64,000 nucleotides of DNA from contig MU053557.1 of assembly GCA_013239625.1 (NCBI GenBank), positions 751,063-815,062 on the forward strand. Reading direction: 5' to 3'. The first letter of the stretch is position 1. Each line of letters starts with the position of its first letter. Shown piece by piece: positions 13,501-25,149 of the stretch. Source of the stretch: Lama guanicoe. Lineage: Eukaryota. Both the position numbers and the translations under genes were made by a program. Below the pieces are notes generated by a model, which was given only the letters and a program-made list of their open reading frames with translations, was not told the DNA's origin and searched no databases.

Positions 13501-13719
13501 GTAAATTTTGGAGAATAATCTTTCCTCTGCAAATGTTTTTATCCGTCTCTACAGAAGATTCACCGGGCAGGGCAGGCTTTCTCATGCCTTATACTCACTG
13601 AAACAGTAAGAGTAGGAGACTGTACGTGTTCTTCCCACTTTAATCCTTACCACAGCAGGTCCCCGAACACTCAGGAACATGAAGGAAAAAACCCCACTGT
13701 TTTATGAAAGAAAGACCTA

Positions 13720-14020
13720 TCTGCCTCTGTGGAGATGTCCCTCCATCCCTACGTCACTCATTAGCTGGTCCTGTTGCCCTTCACACTGAGGAAACTGCCG
13801 TGCTCCTTTGATTTGTCTGTTCTTCCCTGTGATGCCACCAGCACACGGCACCAACCTTATCACTGTGCACTAACGCTGAGGGGTCCTTTGTCATGGTCTC
13901 CTGTTTGTGAGCTCTTTGAGGGCTGGATACTAACTTACTCATCTTTGTGTTTCCAGTCATTACCACAGAGTAAGAGCTGGAGTAGGTGCTCAAAAAATGA
14001 TGGGCAGATGAATGAGCAGT
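13720..14020 (+). mobile_element. LINE-2 3' end
   Basis: tgtgagctctttgagggc..catctttgtgtttccag..agtaggtgctcaaaaaatga..gatgaatga. Confidence 0.65.
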
Positions 14021-16559
14021 AATGGACTGTCACAAACCAGACACGCTGGAGTGTAAAAGGGAATGCGGTGAATGACTATGCTGGGGCAGCAGTGTAAAGC
14101 TGGATTGCGATGTATGGTCACCATCATAATCATGGTAATCAATGACGAGAAAATTGTGAGCTCTCTGATTCTGGAGGTCCTTTAGAAGGCACTGTTACTT
14201 CATTTGCCCAAGCTGGTTTAGACCAGCGGTTCTCCAAGCATGGGAGACATAATTGGACAGGAAATGCTAACAGGTGGCAAGGGCATCAGGATTAAAACAA
14301 ATTCACACTTTCATGATTCCTTTTTCAGTTTTACTTTAGCATCTGTATATAACAAATAGTAATAGAATATATGGGTAATTCAGTATTTCTAAGTATTACA
14401 AAGAGAAGCTCTCAGTTAAGTGCTAGATTATCTTTAACCTCCTCAAACCTCTGCTTATCTTCATTTTTTTTTAATGAATAGTGAAAAAAAACCTGATGAT
14501 CAGAGCCTTTGAAGAGGAAATTATATTTGGCTGGAATTTAATGTTAATTATATTTACTTTTAGGCTTTCCTTTTCTTCATGGCAAATTATCATCACTTCC
14601 CAGGTGGGATTGGGAAATAAAACTTCATTTTCAATTAATCTTTTGAGGTAAGAAATACAAGGTTTAAAATATATATGATAAAGGTCATACATAGATTTTG
14701 GCAAAACCCGTTAAATTGATGTACAAATGACTGACAAATGATGTACAAATGACATTTGGGAGCTAGATCAGACTGATGATTCCCAGCCTTGTTTCTGAGC
14801 CTGCCTTAAAGGGCCATGTTTACTGGAGTATATTTAAGTGAAATTAATTTAAATTAAAGTAACTTAGAAAAATAAATATGCCATGTATATATATTACTTC
14901 TATTTGTTTTTACAATATTTTTCTCATTATAAAAATTATGCATGCTTATTATTGGAATATGATCCTGTAACATACTTAATGGCATAAAAATAAAAACCAG
15001 AATATCACAATTTAGGAACACATTTAGTATGTGCGGGTTTTTATTTTGTACTATTAGAAATATGATCATTTTGAATCTCAAAATGTTAGTACATATGTAA
15101 ATCTGAATTTACATAAAAGAAATAAAAAGGTTATAGTTTTATTTCTTAAAAATAATTAAGAGTAGAATTATTTTAAATATCAAAACTTTTGTGTACTTAA
15201 AAGTTTAACTTACTCAAAATTTATATACATTTAATACTTAGTACCATACTTACCAAGTAATTTAAGGCACATCTTTACTAAATAAAATTTTATACAATTT
15301 CAATCAGTTATGAGATGAGTGAGGCTTCCTTTTGGAAATCATGCATTTAAAACCTTGCTTTTTCTGACTTGCCAGAGATGTACACTCTCCAGCTCTTTGC
15401 AAACATCACCTTCCTACTATGGAGGAATAAAAACATAGCCGACTGAGTCATGTTCTAATTTTCAGTGAGAGGAAACGGCTTCGGCTCTATTGGTATACCA
15501 AACCAACAGGTGAAGGGAGATAATTATCTACTTACAAGAATGACGTAGGTATCAGAATTATCTACTTACATTTTTTTCCCAAAGTAGAACACCAGCCCAA
15601 TGTGACATTACTACCTTAATCACAAGCAGGCAAGAGAATTTGAGGAACAACAACAAACAGAAGAATAACACTCCACACCGATATATTAACCTGCTGTTCC
15701 ATGGATAGTTGCTTTTTCCTCTCCCTCCCTGAGGATTCCTCTATTCAGGAGGACAATGACTCTACCACCACTTGATTTTGATGTTGTGAGGTGAGAAGTT
15801 GGGATTATATGATCTTGTCAAAGCCCTTTGTCAGGGAACACAATGCAGCTGAGGGGACAACCCCTGATCTGGAATAAAGTCCTGTCCATTCCCACCAGTT
15901 CCACTCAACTTTAGTACAAATACTAATGATTTTAAAGACTGTAGTCTCCACAAAGACTAGGAATCTATGAAGTCAGCTGTAGCCTCTGTGCCTGAAATAG
16001 TTTTTGGTTCCTAGAAGACTCTTCAATATTACTGAATGAATGAGCTAGCATCGTAATAGTTACTATTCCTACAGACCCAAGATGTATTAGGTGTTATGAT
16101 TTACTATAACAATTCCACAGTTCTCCCAAAGACTCAAAACTGTAGTTATTGTTATCTGTACTGTCACTTTGAAGAAACAAGTTCGGAAGTGTTCCCTTTA
16201 CCCAGGGGTGGGAGTAGGATTCAAAGCTAGGTTTGTCTGATGCCAGTGCTTCAGTCTTTCTCCCCTACAGAAAGGAAAAGAGTTGTATGGCCTCAAAAAG
16301 GGCTTATTTGCAAAAGGAAAACTCCAATAGTGCAGATTCAGATTCCTTTGTGTGATCTGATGATAGTGACATTATTTAAAAAAACCAAAAAAGGAACGAA
16401 AAAGGGAATCCACGTGTGTTCCTTGGATTGTGAAACAGATTTTTTAAATAAGCGCCTATAAAGTGTTGGGAGGAACCTTTGGTGACTGACAGACATTATT
16501 ACCACATTTAGGCTCTGTTTAGAAAACAACTGTTCATGTATAAGTACGTGTACATGCAG

Positions 16560-16910
16560 ACATGTATGTATATGGGTCCACTGTCTTTCATCTTCCCTCG
16601 CCACTGTCTCATCTCTCTTCACCAGTCTGGCAGATGCAGGTGGGGGCACTAAGGGCTCAGAGGGACATCTTGACTAGATACGCCTTTCACGTCCTTTGCC
16701 TCTCTTTGCCTGTTGAGGTAAATGGGCGACCACAGCCAAAGAAAGCCCAGAATATCTGCAGAAGGGAACAGAAGGTAGCACCAAAACAGCCCTCTAGGAG
16801 ATGAAGGCATCAGAAAGATTTGTTCACCAGAGTTTTCAGCTTCCTGCAGCTTTATAAATAATTCACTTGGGTTATGTTTTATCAAACTGCATAATCGTCT
16901 CAAAAGCCTG
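16560..16910 (+). mobile_element. Old MaLR (MLT1-type) LTR fragment
   Basis: 3' end gaaggcatcagaaagatttg..tttcagcttcctgcagctttataaataattcacttgggttatgttttatcaaactgc resembles an MLT1 terminus. Confidence 0.4.
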
Positions 16911-17469
16911 AGCATCTAATGGGCTTTAAAAAAAATTCTTAATAAAAGAACATCAAGGGTTTGATCCAACACCCTTTCCCACCTCAGTATGTTTTTCCCT
17001 TCTTGGGAAAAAATCTGTAACACACAAATGAATTGGTTGAGTTGCCCACCCAGTGTGTCAAATTTCAGCTCAGTGTCGTACTTAACAAGGCAATGTGCAC
17101 AAAGCACAAGCCCAGCTGAGCACTCAAGATTTCCAGTTGCTGTTTCTCTTTCACAGCCAGCAGCTGGATGCTGTGCTCGTCTCCAGGAAGATTGGATCAA
17201 TTCTTTATTTAACCTCTTGGCTGACTTAAATTCCCTGTCCTATACCAAAGATATTTTAGTCCATCTGCTCCTTATTAAGTATGAATTTCCCATAGCATTT
17301 TAATCCACTGACTTGTGTTTTTTGACATACACACCTTGCATGCACTCATCCTAAAATCTATTTCTCTGATCACAAGGTGAACTAGGCAAGAAAATGTGGA
17401 TGATACTCAAGGAGAGATTCTAAATATTTGCCAAAGATGATGGCTCCTCAGAGAAGAAGGATGAGATTG

Positions 17470-17700
17470 GCTTAGTGGTAAAAACGTGGGTTCTAGTTCC
17501 AACCACCTGGTTTGAATCTAAGCTACAGCACATAATCTAAGCTGCCTGACATTGCACACCTTCTTTAACTTTTCTGTGTCTCAGCTTCCTTGCTTATCAA
17601 CGGTAGATAATTGTTCCCACCCAAGAAGGTTACTGTGAGGATTAAGTAAATGAATAAATGGAAGGCATCTGGGGCAGGGCTGGCCCACAGGAAACATTAA
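17470..17700 (+). mobile_element. MIR SINE
   Basis: tagtggtaaaaacgtgggttctag..cctggtttgaatc..tttaacttttctgtgtctcagcttcct..tgtgaggattaagtaaatgaa. Confidence 0.75.
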
Positions 17701-18107
17701 AATGACAGCAGCTCTCAATTATCCTCTCTTGTATTAACACACATACTGTGTGAGGCTCTTCTCCCTGGCATGCAGATGGCATGCAATGTATATTAATTGA
17801 ATAAGAGAACGGGCACTTCCTGGAGTTTCCATCCTGAAGCTGTGGCAATGTCTGTTTCTCTGCTTTTCATTCTGCTTTCCATCCCTGTATTTAATGGGTC
17901 AGTGTTGTCCTTCTCATGTATCCTCGATTTTCCATGCAAGATTCCCACAGAGGATGTGTGTGAGCAGTGAAGGAGGCCAAATGAGGAGGCACTTTGTCAA
18001 ATCAGATGCCATTCTTTCTATCAAGTGGCAAATCTTTAGTGATCAATTTAAGGTGATATAACTTTGAGTTTTCACTTTTCCTCTTGTTAGCAGTTCTCTC
18101 TCTGAAT

Positions 18108-18193
18108 TGTTAAAAGATAAACTGAGGCACATTAAAATTAAGAGTTTTTTCAAACCGAAGTTAACTTGACGGTTGCCAAACCAAGTTCTTAGG
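18108..18193 (-). mobile_element. Truncated LTR (U5 end), same family as the LTR at 19318-19694
   Basis: tgttaaaagataaactgaggcacattaaaattaagagttt aligns with tgtgagaagatacactgaggcacatttaaaattttaagagttt at 19318. Confidence 0.7.
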
Positions 18194-19295
18194 ACACAAA
18201 ATGACACAAACAAAAAGGTAACAGCTGTCCCCGGGAGAGAAAGGATGGACAACAAATGGTATTCAAAAACAAATTAATGAGTCATAATCCAAAGGTCTAA
18301 TTCTTACAAAAAAAGTTTTCCTGCCAATCTGAATTTGGAAAGGAAGGGACAACGTAAAAGTTTACCTTCCTCTCGCTACCAGGCACCACAGAGAGACAGA
18401 GATGGATGAACTGACTTTGGTAGATTCTTACCCTTTGCCGACTTCCGCCAGGTTTCCTGAGATCCTGTGTGCAGGCTTTGGAGAGAGTAGGGTGTCCCAG
18501 CAGGTACTTTAAAGAAGGAAAATAATTTTCCCTTCACCCTTCATGGTGAGTACTTGGCTGAGACGCGCTTTTCTCCAGGGCATCTCATACATGGGTAAGG
18601 ATTACCTAGGTTAAAAGTCCTCCACTGTGGCCACTGTTATTCACCATTATCTTTGGTAAGGTTACTGCTTGTTCTGCTTTCAAACAATATTTTACTCGCC
18701 CGAGGCCTCACGCTGCACCCAGACCAGCGGAAGTCGGACCCGGTCTGACTTCGAAAGCGGTCTGACCCTGGACCCGGTCTGGTTTCTAAGTCGGACCCGG
18801 TCTGACCCGGGACCCAGTCTGACCTCGGACCCGGTCTGACCCTGGACCGGGTCTGGTTTCTAAGTCGGACCCGGTCTGACCTCGGACCCGGTCTGACCCT
18901 GGACCCGGTCTGGTTTCTAAGTCGGACCCGGTCTGACCCGGGACCCAGTCTGACCTCGGACCCGGTCTGACCCTGGACCGGGTCTGGTTTCTAAGTCGGA
19001 CCCGGTCTGACCCTGGACCCGGTCTGGTTTCTAAGTCGGACCCAGTCCACCACCGGAAACAGTCCAGTGTCTATGTACGACGTAGCCCAGCTCCAGCTTG
19101 TTCCAGTTTCAGAACCTAGGCCGGAGGAAGAAACGCTCGGAGTCTGAGAACTCTTAACACAGAAGCTGTGGATGGAGGATGGAGGGAACTCACCCACCAG
19201 CTCAGGGGCGGCGAGAAAGCAGCGACTCTCGGGGCTCCACAGGTACCTTCCCTGCTGCTGGTCGTTGCTCCTGGGGCCCCGGCGGACTCCTTGGG
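18194..19295 (-). mobile_element. ERV1-class internal leader sequence(s), non-coding, mosaic
   Basis: Directly downstream (on minus) of a PBS; minus-strand splice donors G|GTGAGT (about 19190) and G|GTAAGA (about 18430); no gag/pol ORF visible. Confidence 0.65.
18736..19047. repeat. CpG-rich compound minisatellite (core GGACCCGGTCTG plus 5- or 11-nt linker)
   Basis: 16 full units of 17 or 23 bp plus a partial 17th, read directly from the sequence; 131-bp higher-order period. Confidence 0.97.
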
Positions 19296-19313
19296 TTCCC
19301 TCTCCTGTCACCA
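19296..19313 (-). other. Retroviral primer-binding site, tRNA-Leu-like
   Basis: Minus strand TGGTGACAGGAGAGGGAA, 4 nt after the LTR end; 15/18 match to TGGTGTCAGGAGTGGGAT, the complement of the tRNA-Leu(CAG) 3' end as I recall it. Confidence 0.7.
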
Positions 19314-19317
19314 GACC

Positions 19318-19694
19318 TGTGAGAAGATACACTGAGGCACATTTAAAATTTTAAGAGTTTATTTGAGCAAAAATTGATTCGAGTCGGGCAGCATCCAAAC
19401 TAGCAGATAGGAAGGAGCTCCGGAGAAGCTGTGCAAAGTGCCCTTTACAGCCAGAAAGGAGAGGGACCAGGACGGTGCACTAGACAAAAAGCAGGATTTT
19501 TATTGCAGGGTCACTCTCCTTTAGGGGATGGAGGGGGTCTGTCAGACAGATTACCCAACGTGTACTCATCAGCTGTCTCCTGATTTAAGATACCATTTCT
19601 GGGAAAGCCAAAACTGTAATTAAATCTCGGTTTGCTGATGTGAGGCTTAACATAAGTGATCCCATTATTGAGCATGCTGTCTTGTTTTTTAACA
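19318..19694 (-). mobile_element. 5' LTR of an ERV1-class element
   Basis: TG...CA termini (tgtgagaag...tttttaaca), tttatt near the left end (AATAAA on minus), adjacent PBS. Confidence 0.8.
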
Positions 19695-20227
19695 ATACAA
19701 AAGCACCATTTGCAAATTAAACTCATCGAGTGACTTCTAAAGGAAATTTCCTTCAATAAAAGAAGACATAAGTTATTTAAAACTTCATGGGCACCTTTAG
19801 GAGAAAGGTTAAAAGAATTTTCAAAAGATGGAATTTCTGAATTTTTTCTTCTTTGCTCTTTCTCCTTTTCCTTCTCATCCTCTTTCTACTTCTTTTTCTT
19901 CAGTCTCTCCCTCCTCCTCTCCCCTTTCTCCTTCAATACAGCCCAGAGTGTGTAGCATTTATGGTAGGAAGTCTTGGGGAGTGAGATGTGTAGGAGTCAG
20001 GTTGCTTTGCAAGGTTAAAGTTTACTATAGAGTTGGGCAGTTAATAGTTGGAAAATGTTAGAGGATAGATACAAAAAGTAAAAAGAAAGCTAAGACATGG
20101 TAACCCAGAGTCATTGAGAATGAGGAGACGGAGGGAATGAGATGTATAATAATTTTTATTATTCTAAACGTGAGGTCGTGACCTCATCAGTAGTTCTCCA
20201 GAATCCACCAAAAAACTTGAAGTGTTT

Positions 20228-20390
20228 GGGGAGGGTATAGCTCAGTGCATGCTTAGCATGCACGAAGTCCTGGGTTTAATCCCCAGTACCTCCATTTAAA
20301 TAGATAAGTAAATAACTTAATTACCCCCCACCCCAGCATGAAAAAAAAATTTTTTTTTAATTAAAAACAAAACAAGACAAACACAAAAAA
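20228..20390 (+). mobile_element. tRNA-Ala-derived SINE (camelid Vic-1 type)
   Basis: ggggagggtatagctcagtg-catgcttagcatgcacgaagtcctgggtttaatccccagtacctcc, A-rich tail, TSD aaaaaact(t)gaagtgt on both sides. Confidence 0.9.
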
Positions 20391-20889
20391 CTGAAGTGTC
20401 CATTCAGGATCCTGATTACTCTTGTGAAGTATCAAACGAGACGAGTGGGCAGACACATTCAGTCGACATGTTGTCAGGACTCAACCTGTCTGGATTTGGC
20501 CTTTGAACTTCAACAGAGAAGGAAAGGTGGAATGGAGTGTTGTCAAGGGACAGCAGGGAAAATGCCATCTTCCTCTTTCTTTTTTCAGATGGTCTTCCTT
20601 TTAACTAATCTACCTCAACCCTTGTGTACTCACTTTTCTACTTGGATTCCTATACCTTTGAAGGTATCAATTCTACCTTTAAAGCCTCATAGATTAGAAG
20701 GTTTCTTTTTTCTTTAGGACTTTCTGTTTTACAAGGAACTCTTAACAAAGTCCAACAAAGCCACAGTGCTTCTGAAAGCCAGCTCTGTTTAAATGGTACC
20801 CAGGTCATTATAATTTCTTTAACTGTGGTCATTCCTCTGGTAATATGTATTCACACTAAAAAAAGATATTTTGAAATTCTTTAACAGCA

Positions 20890-21410
20890 TATTAAAATGC
20901 AAATCGGTCTTCCTATTAAAGATTTCTGGAAGTTCTCTGACAACACATTTAAATGCAAATTGCCAAAGTGTAGATGCTAAAATTAAAATTGGGAAACATA
21001 ATATACCTCCGTGGAGGGGCTGATGCTCTTACCAGCAGAGAGGAAAGCAGTGCTCCAGGCCCCCTGCGTTGTAATCACACAGTTGGTCAGTGACCAGGTC
21101 TGGACAGCTTCAGAGAAGACAGTCCCACCTCCCAGTCACTCGTCCTCCATTTGCATGTAATTCCTCAAAATGGATCTGAGCAGAGTGGACTCATTATATC
21201 CTGATAACCAATGCAGATTCTTTGTCTTTATTGCTTACGTGTCATGTTGCCTAGACAGGCAAGGGGAGGCAAAGCTTCTGACCCATGAGTATTACTCACT
21301 TTGTGACTCCGTCTTGCCCTATTTACAGCTCTTCTGCGATTTCTCCTCTTTCTCCTGCTTTCTGTAGAACTGCATTGTTATAGGAGGCAGATTCCCATGG
21401 CAACAATACA
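20890..21410. promoter_or_regulatory. Candidate enhancer: three octamer motifs, an RFX X-box and SOX motifs
   Basis: ATGCAAAT 20897-20904 and 20953-20960, ATTTGCAT 21149-21156, ATTCCCATGGCAAC 21391-21404, CATTGTT about 21373; no recognisable repeat here. Confidence 0.45.
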
Positions 21411-21879
21411 AGCCAGTGCTTTCCCAGTTCTGCTTTTGTGACACCACAGGGTCCTTCTAATTATCCCAAAGGGTGTCACGGGATTCTCAAATAAAGTGAG
21501 TTTTAATTCACTCCAAATTTAAAAATAAATATGTGTCAGTCTGTGCTTTGGGGCCATCAGGTGGTGAAGGATGTAGGCTGGGAGTAGGGTGGGTGGTGGG
21601 AGTGAAATTAAATAAAGATCTGCTCGAAAGACTTGAAAATTTAATGTTTGAGATCATTTCAGGACTGTGTGATTTCTGAAGAACTGATTCCTGAATTGCA
21701 GCTCCCAGATTAATTCAAAAATAGCCTGGGCCACAAAAAAAGCCTTTCTTGCAAGGCAGAGCGTTCCATCCTTTGACATTGTTTCTCTAGGTGATATATC
21801 TTCAGGATCTTACTAAGTGGCCCTGGGAAAATTTCCTGATGAAATAGCTCTCTTTGGTACCGTTCATTGCATCCTTTGT

Positions 21880-22350
21880 TTAGAAGTAATCTTTAATTAT
21901 ACAAATAATACATGAATACGTTTTTTTCTTAAAGGCTCTTTTGTTTTAGACTCAGTACCTACCTCTGCTCCTGAGAGTCAGCCTTTGTTATGAATTTGGT
22001 GTGTGCTCTTCACAAAATTTCTAATATATATCTATAGATGATATAGAACAATTGTGTTATGTGTTTTTAAAAAAGGAAATGATATCATTCTTCAGTATGG
22101 TTTTGTCTCAGTATTTTTTAGGGGGTTATCAATTTTGATGTGTATATCTTTAATTCATTTATTTACTTGTAGCATTGTATCATATGATTATTTCACAGTT
22201 TATCTAGCCAATCTCTTAATGGTAGATCTTTAGATTACTTAAAATTTTCCACTATTATAAATAATGCTGCAGGGAATATTTTTGCGTGTGTTTTATTTAG
22301 GACAAGTACTTAGAAATGGAATTACTGTGATCCTAATTTTTCAAGGTATT
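21880..22350 (-). mobile_element. Old L1 (L1ME-like) 3' fragment
   Basis: tttatctagccaatctcttaatggtagatctttagatt..ccactattataaataatgctgcagggaatatt..agaaatggaattactg. Confidence 0.6.
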
Positions 22351-24949
22351 TGCCCTTTCTCTTAGCCCTCTGTATCTGGCAGAAACCTGGAGACACTTGT
22401 TTTTGATTAGTAGGTTTTGGTTTCCTGGAAGGAGAGCTCTTGCTTCCTCTTGAACTCTGCTCCATAATGGGTGTAATTAAACAATAACAATATTGCAGAA
22501 ATTGCATCACGATGACAGTCATATCCTGTGTTTTATCCACAGTGCAGACGACAGGGTCTGAAGCAGAGCTGAGTGATGGAGTTAATATTATTTATTCAGT
22601 GTTGATGTATATCCATAGATTCTATATTCTTTCCTGAGGGTGAAAAACTCACTATATACTTTCCCCCTAAGTGTTTTATTTCTCTTTGGAAAGTTTGCTG
22701 TAGGGCAGAAGTAATAATTTGCAATTGTAGAGTTCTTTGTGTTATTGGTGTGGGCTGCGTAGTCTGGAAGCACTGAATTATTTGGTGAGTTCAGGCAGTG
22801 TAGATAGCTGTGGATGATGATGACGACTGCGATGCCAGTGCTCCTTTGGGCGGAGTGGAGTCTTTGCTGAGGGAAGAAACCTCAGAATGGCTGCAGAGTG
22901 ACTTCCTTTCGTAGAGTGCACGCTAAGCTTAGTCAGAGCATAGGCAGGTAGTTGCACTGTATAACTTTAATTACAGACAGCTGAGCTTGGAAAAGAAGTT
23001 AGACCAGTATCCTGTTCCTTTGAGAAATAGCATCTCAGAGAGGTGATGTAAGTATCCAAAACCAATTAGCAAGGTAGTGGCAGGGCCAGCATTACAAAAC
23101 AGATTTTTAAACATTTTACTTTTCAAAATTTACATATGGTAAAATTCACTTTTTTTTCCTTTTCAGTACACAGTTCTGTGAATTTTGACAAATTCACCAA
23201 TGTAAGCAAGATATCGAATGGTTCCATTACTCCAAAAAATTATGTGTTGCCCCTTTGCAGTCATATCCTACCTCCATCACTCTGGCAGCTTTTTAACCTC
23301 TGAAATGGTCGTGCTGTTTCCAAGATTTCATATAAATGGAAGCATAAAGTATTTAATCTTTTAAGCCTGTCTGCTTTCATTTATGTAATATGTTTGATTC
23401 ACTCATATTGTTGAGTATAATAGAAATCCATTCATTTTTATTTCTGAATGTCATTCCATTGTATGACTATACCCCTTTTGTTTATCTGTTCACCCACCAA
23501 AGGATAGTTGGGTTGTTTCTAACTTGTGGTGAATAAAAATAATGCTGCTATCAACACTTGTTTACAAGTTTTTCGATGAACACAGGATTGATGTTCCTCT
23601 AGGGTAAATAATTAGAAGTGGACGATTAAACAACCGTAAGCAGGAATTGCTGAGTTTATGCATATATTTAACATAAGAAGACATTGCTAAACTGTCCACC
23701 AGTGTGATTGTACCATTTTGCAATTTCACCGGAGGAGATCCAGTGATCTACAACTTTGCCAGTACCTGTCATTGTTAGTGTTTAGATTTCAACCATTTTA
23801 GCAGATTTGCAGTGGTATCTCATGTTTTTAACTTGTGTTTACATTATGACTAAGGAGGTTAAGCATCCTTTCATGTGCTTATTTTTCATTTGTGTATCTT
23901 CTTTGGGGAAATATTTGTTAACCTTTTTATGTAGTTTTTAATTGGGTTATTTGTTGCCTTTCTGTTGAGTTTTGAGAGACATATGTGTATTCAGGATACA
24001 AGTGCTTTGTTGGACATGTGATTTGTAGCTAATTTTTCCCCAGTATGTAGTTAGTCTTTTCATTTGCTGGGGTTTTTTTTGTGGGGGGGCGGGCAGAAGA
24101 TTTTTGCAAATGTTTTTAATTTTGATAAAGTCAAATGTATCCATTTTTAATTTAATTTTATGGGTTGTGATTTGATATATCTAATAACTGTCTAAGCCAA
24201 GGTTTCAAAGATCTCCTATGTTGTCTTCTAAATTTAACAGTTTTATGTTTTCCTTTTAAGTGTAGGATCCATTGGAGTTAATTTTTATTTACATATGAAC
24301 TATAAATAGAGATTATTATTATCATTATTATTTTCTTATGGATGTTCCCTTGTCTAGCACCATTCATTGAAAAGGCTGTTCTTTCTCTGTTGACTTGCTT
24401 TTACATTGTTATCAAAAACCAGTTTCTATTGTCTATTGTCTATTTCTGAAGTCTGTATCCTGTTTCATTGACCTATTTAACTGTCCTTTCATCAATACCA
24501 CACTGTCTTGTTTATTGTGGCTTTATAATAAGTATTTAAAAAATGAAATGAATCCTCTAACTTTGTTCTTATTTTTCAAAATTGTTTTGGCTATTTGAGT
24601 TACTTTGCATTTCATTAAAATTTAGAATCACTTTGTCAATATCTCTAACAACAGCAGCAAAAATCCTAGAATTTTTACTGCAATTGCGTTATATTTATAG
24701 ATCAATTTTAGGAAATTAAACTCTTGAAATATTGAGGTTTCCAATCAACACACGTGATGTATCCTTTACTTAATTGCATTCTTTTTTACTTTCTTACATC
24801 TGTGTTTTGAAGTTTTCAGCAACAGATGTAGCATATATTTTATTCCCTGAGTATTTCATTTCTTGGAGCATTTTATGGAGTTTTTGGCTTTCTTTTTCTT
24901 TTTTCTTTTTTTTGAAAATTATCTGACAAGCTTGCCTGACTGTTTGCTT

Positions 24950-25050
24950 ACCTTCCTCCCTCCCTCACTCCCTCCCTCCCTTCTTCCCTCCCTTCCTCCC
25001 TCCCTTCCTTCCTTCTTTTCCTTCCTTCTTTCTTTCCTTTCTTTCTTTTA
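24950..25050. repeat. (CCTT/CCCT/CTTT)n polypyrimidine microsatellite
   Basis: Read directly from the sequence. Confidence 0.9.
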
Positions 25051-25149
25051 AAGCATGCCCAATTTATGTACATAATACCTGTAAGTATGACTATTACGAT
25101 ATCAATAGACAAAGTTTAAGTTCTAGCAGTTTCCTTACGAGCATTTATG

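Noticed and set aside
14717..14753. Short direct repeat tgatgtacaaatgac x2 (similar ones at about 42503-42545 and 60940-60964)
   Set aside because: Ordinary slippage-type micro-duplications with no further structure.
18736..19047. CRISPR-like repeat/spacer appearance
   Set aside because: The linkers are only 5 or 11 nt and recur rather than being unique, there are no cas genes, and the DNA is mammalian. It is a minisatellite.
18991..19332. 113-aa minus-strand ORF as a possible gag
   Set aside because: It starts inside the LTR at a non-ATG codon, runs through the PBS and into the tandem array, and has no MG myristoylation start or other gag motif.
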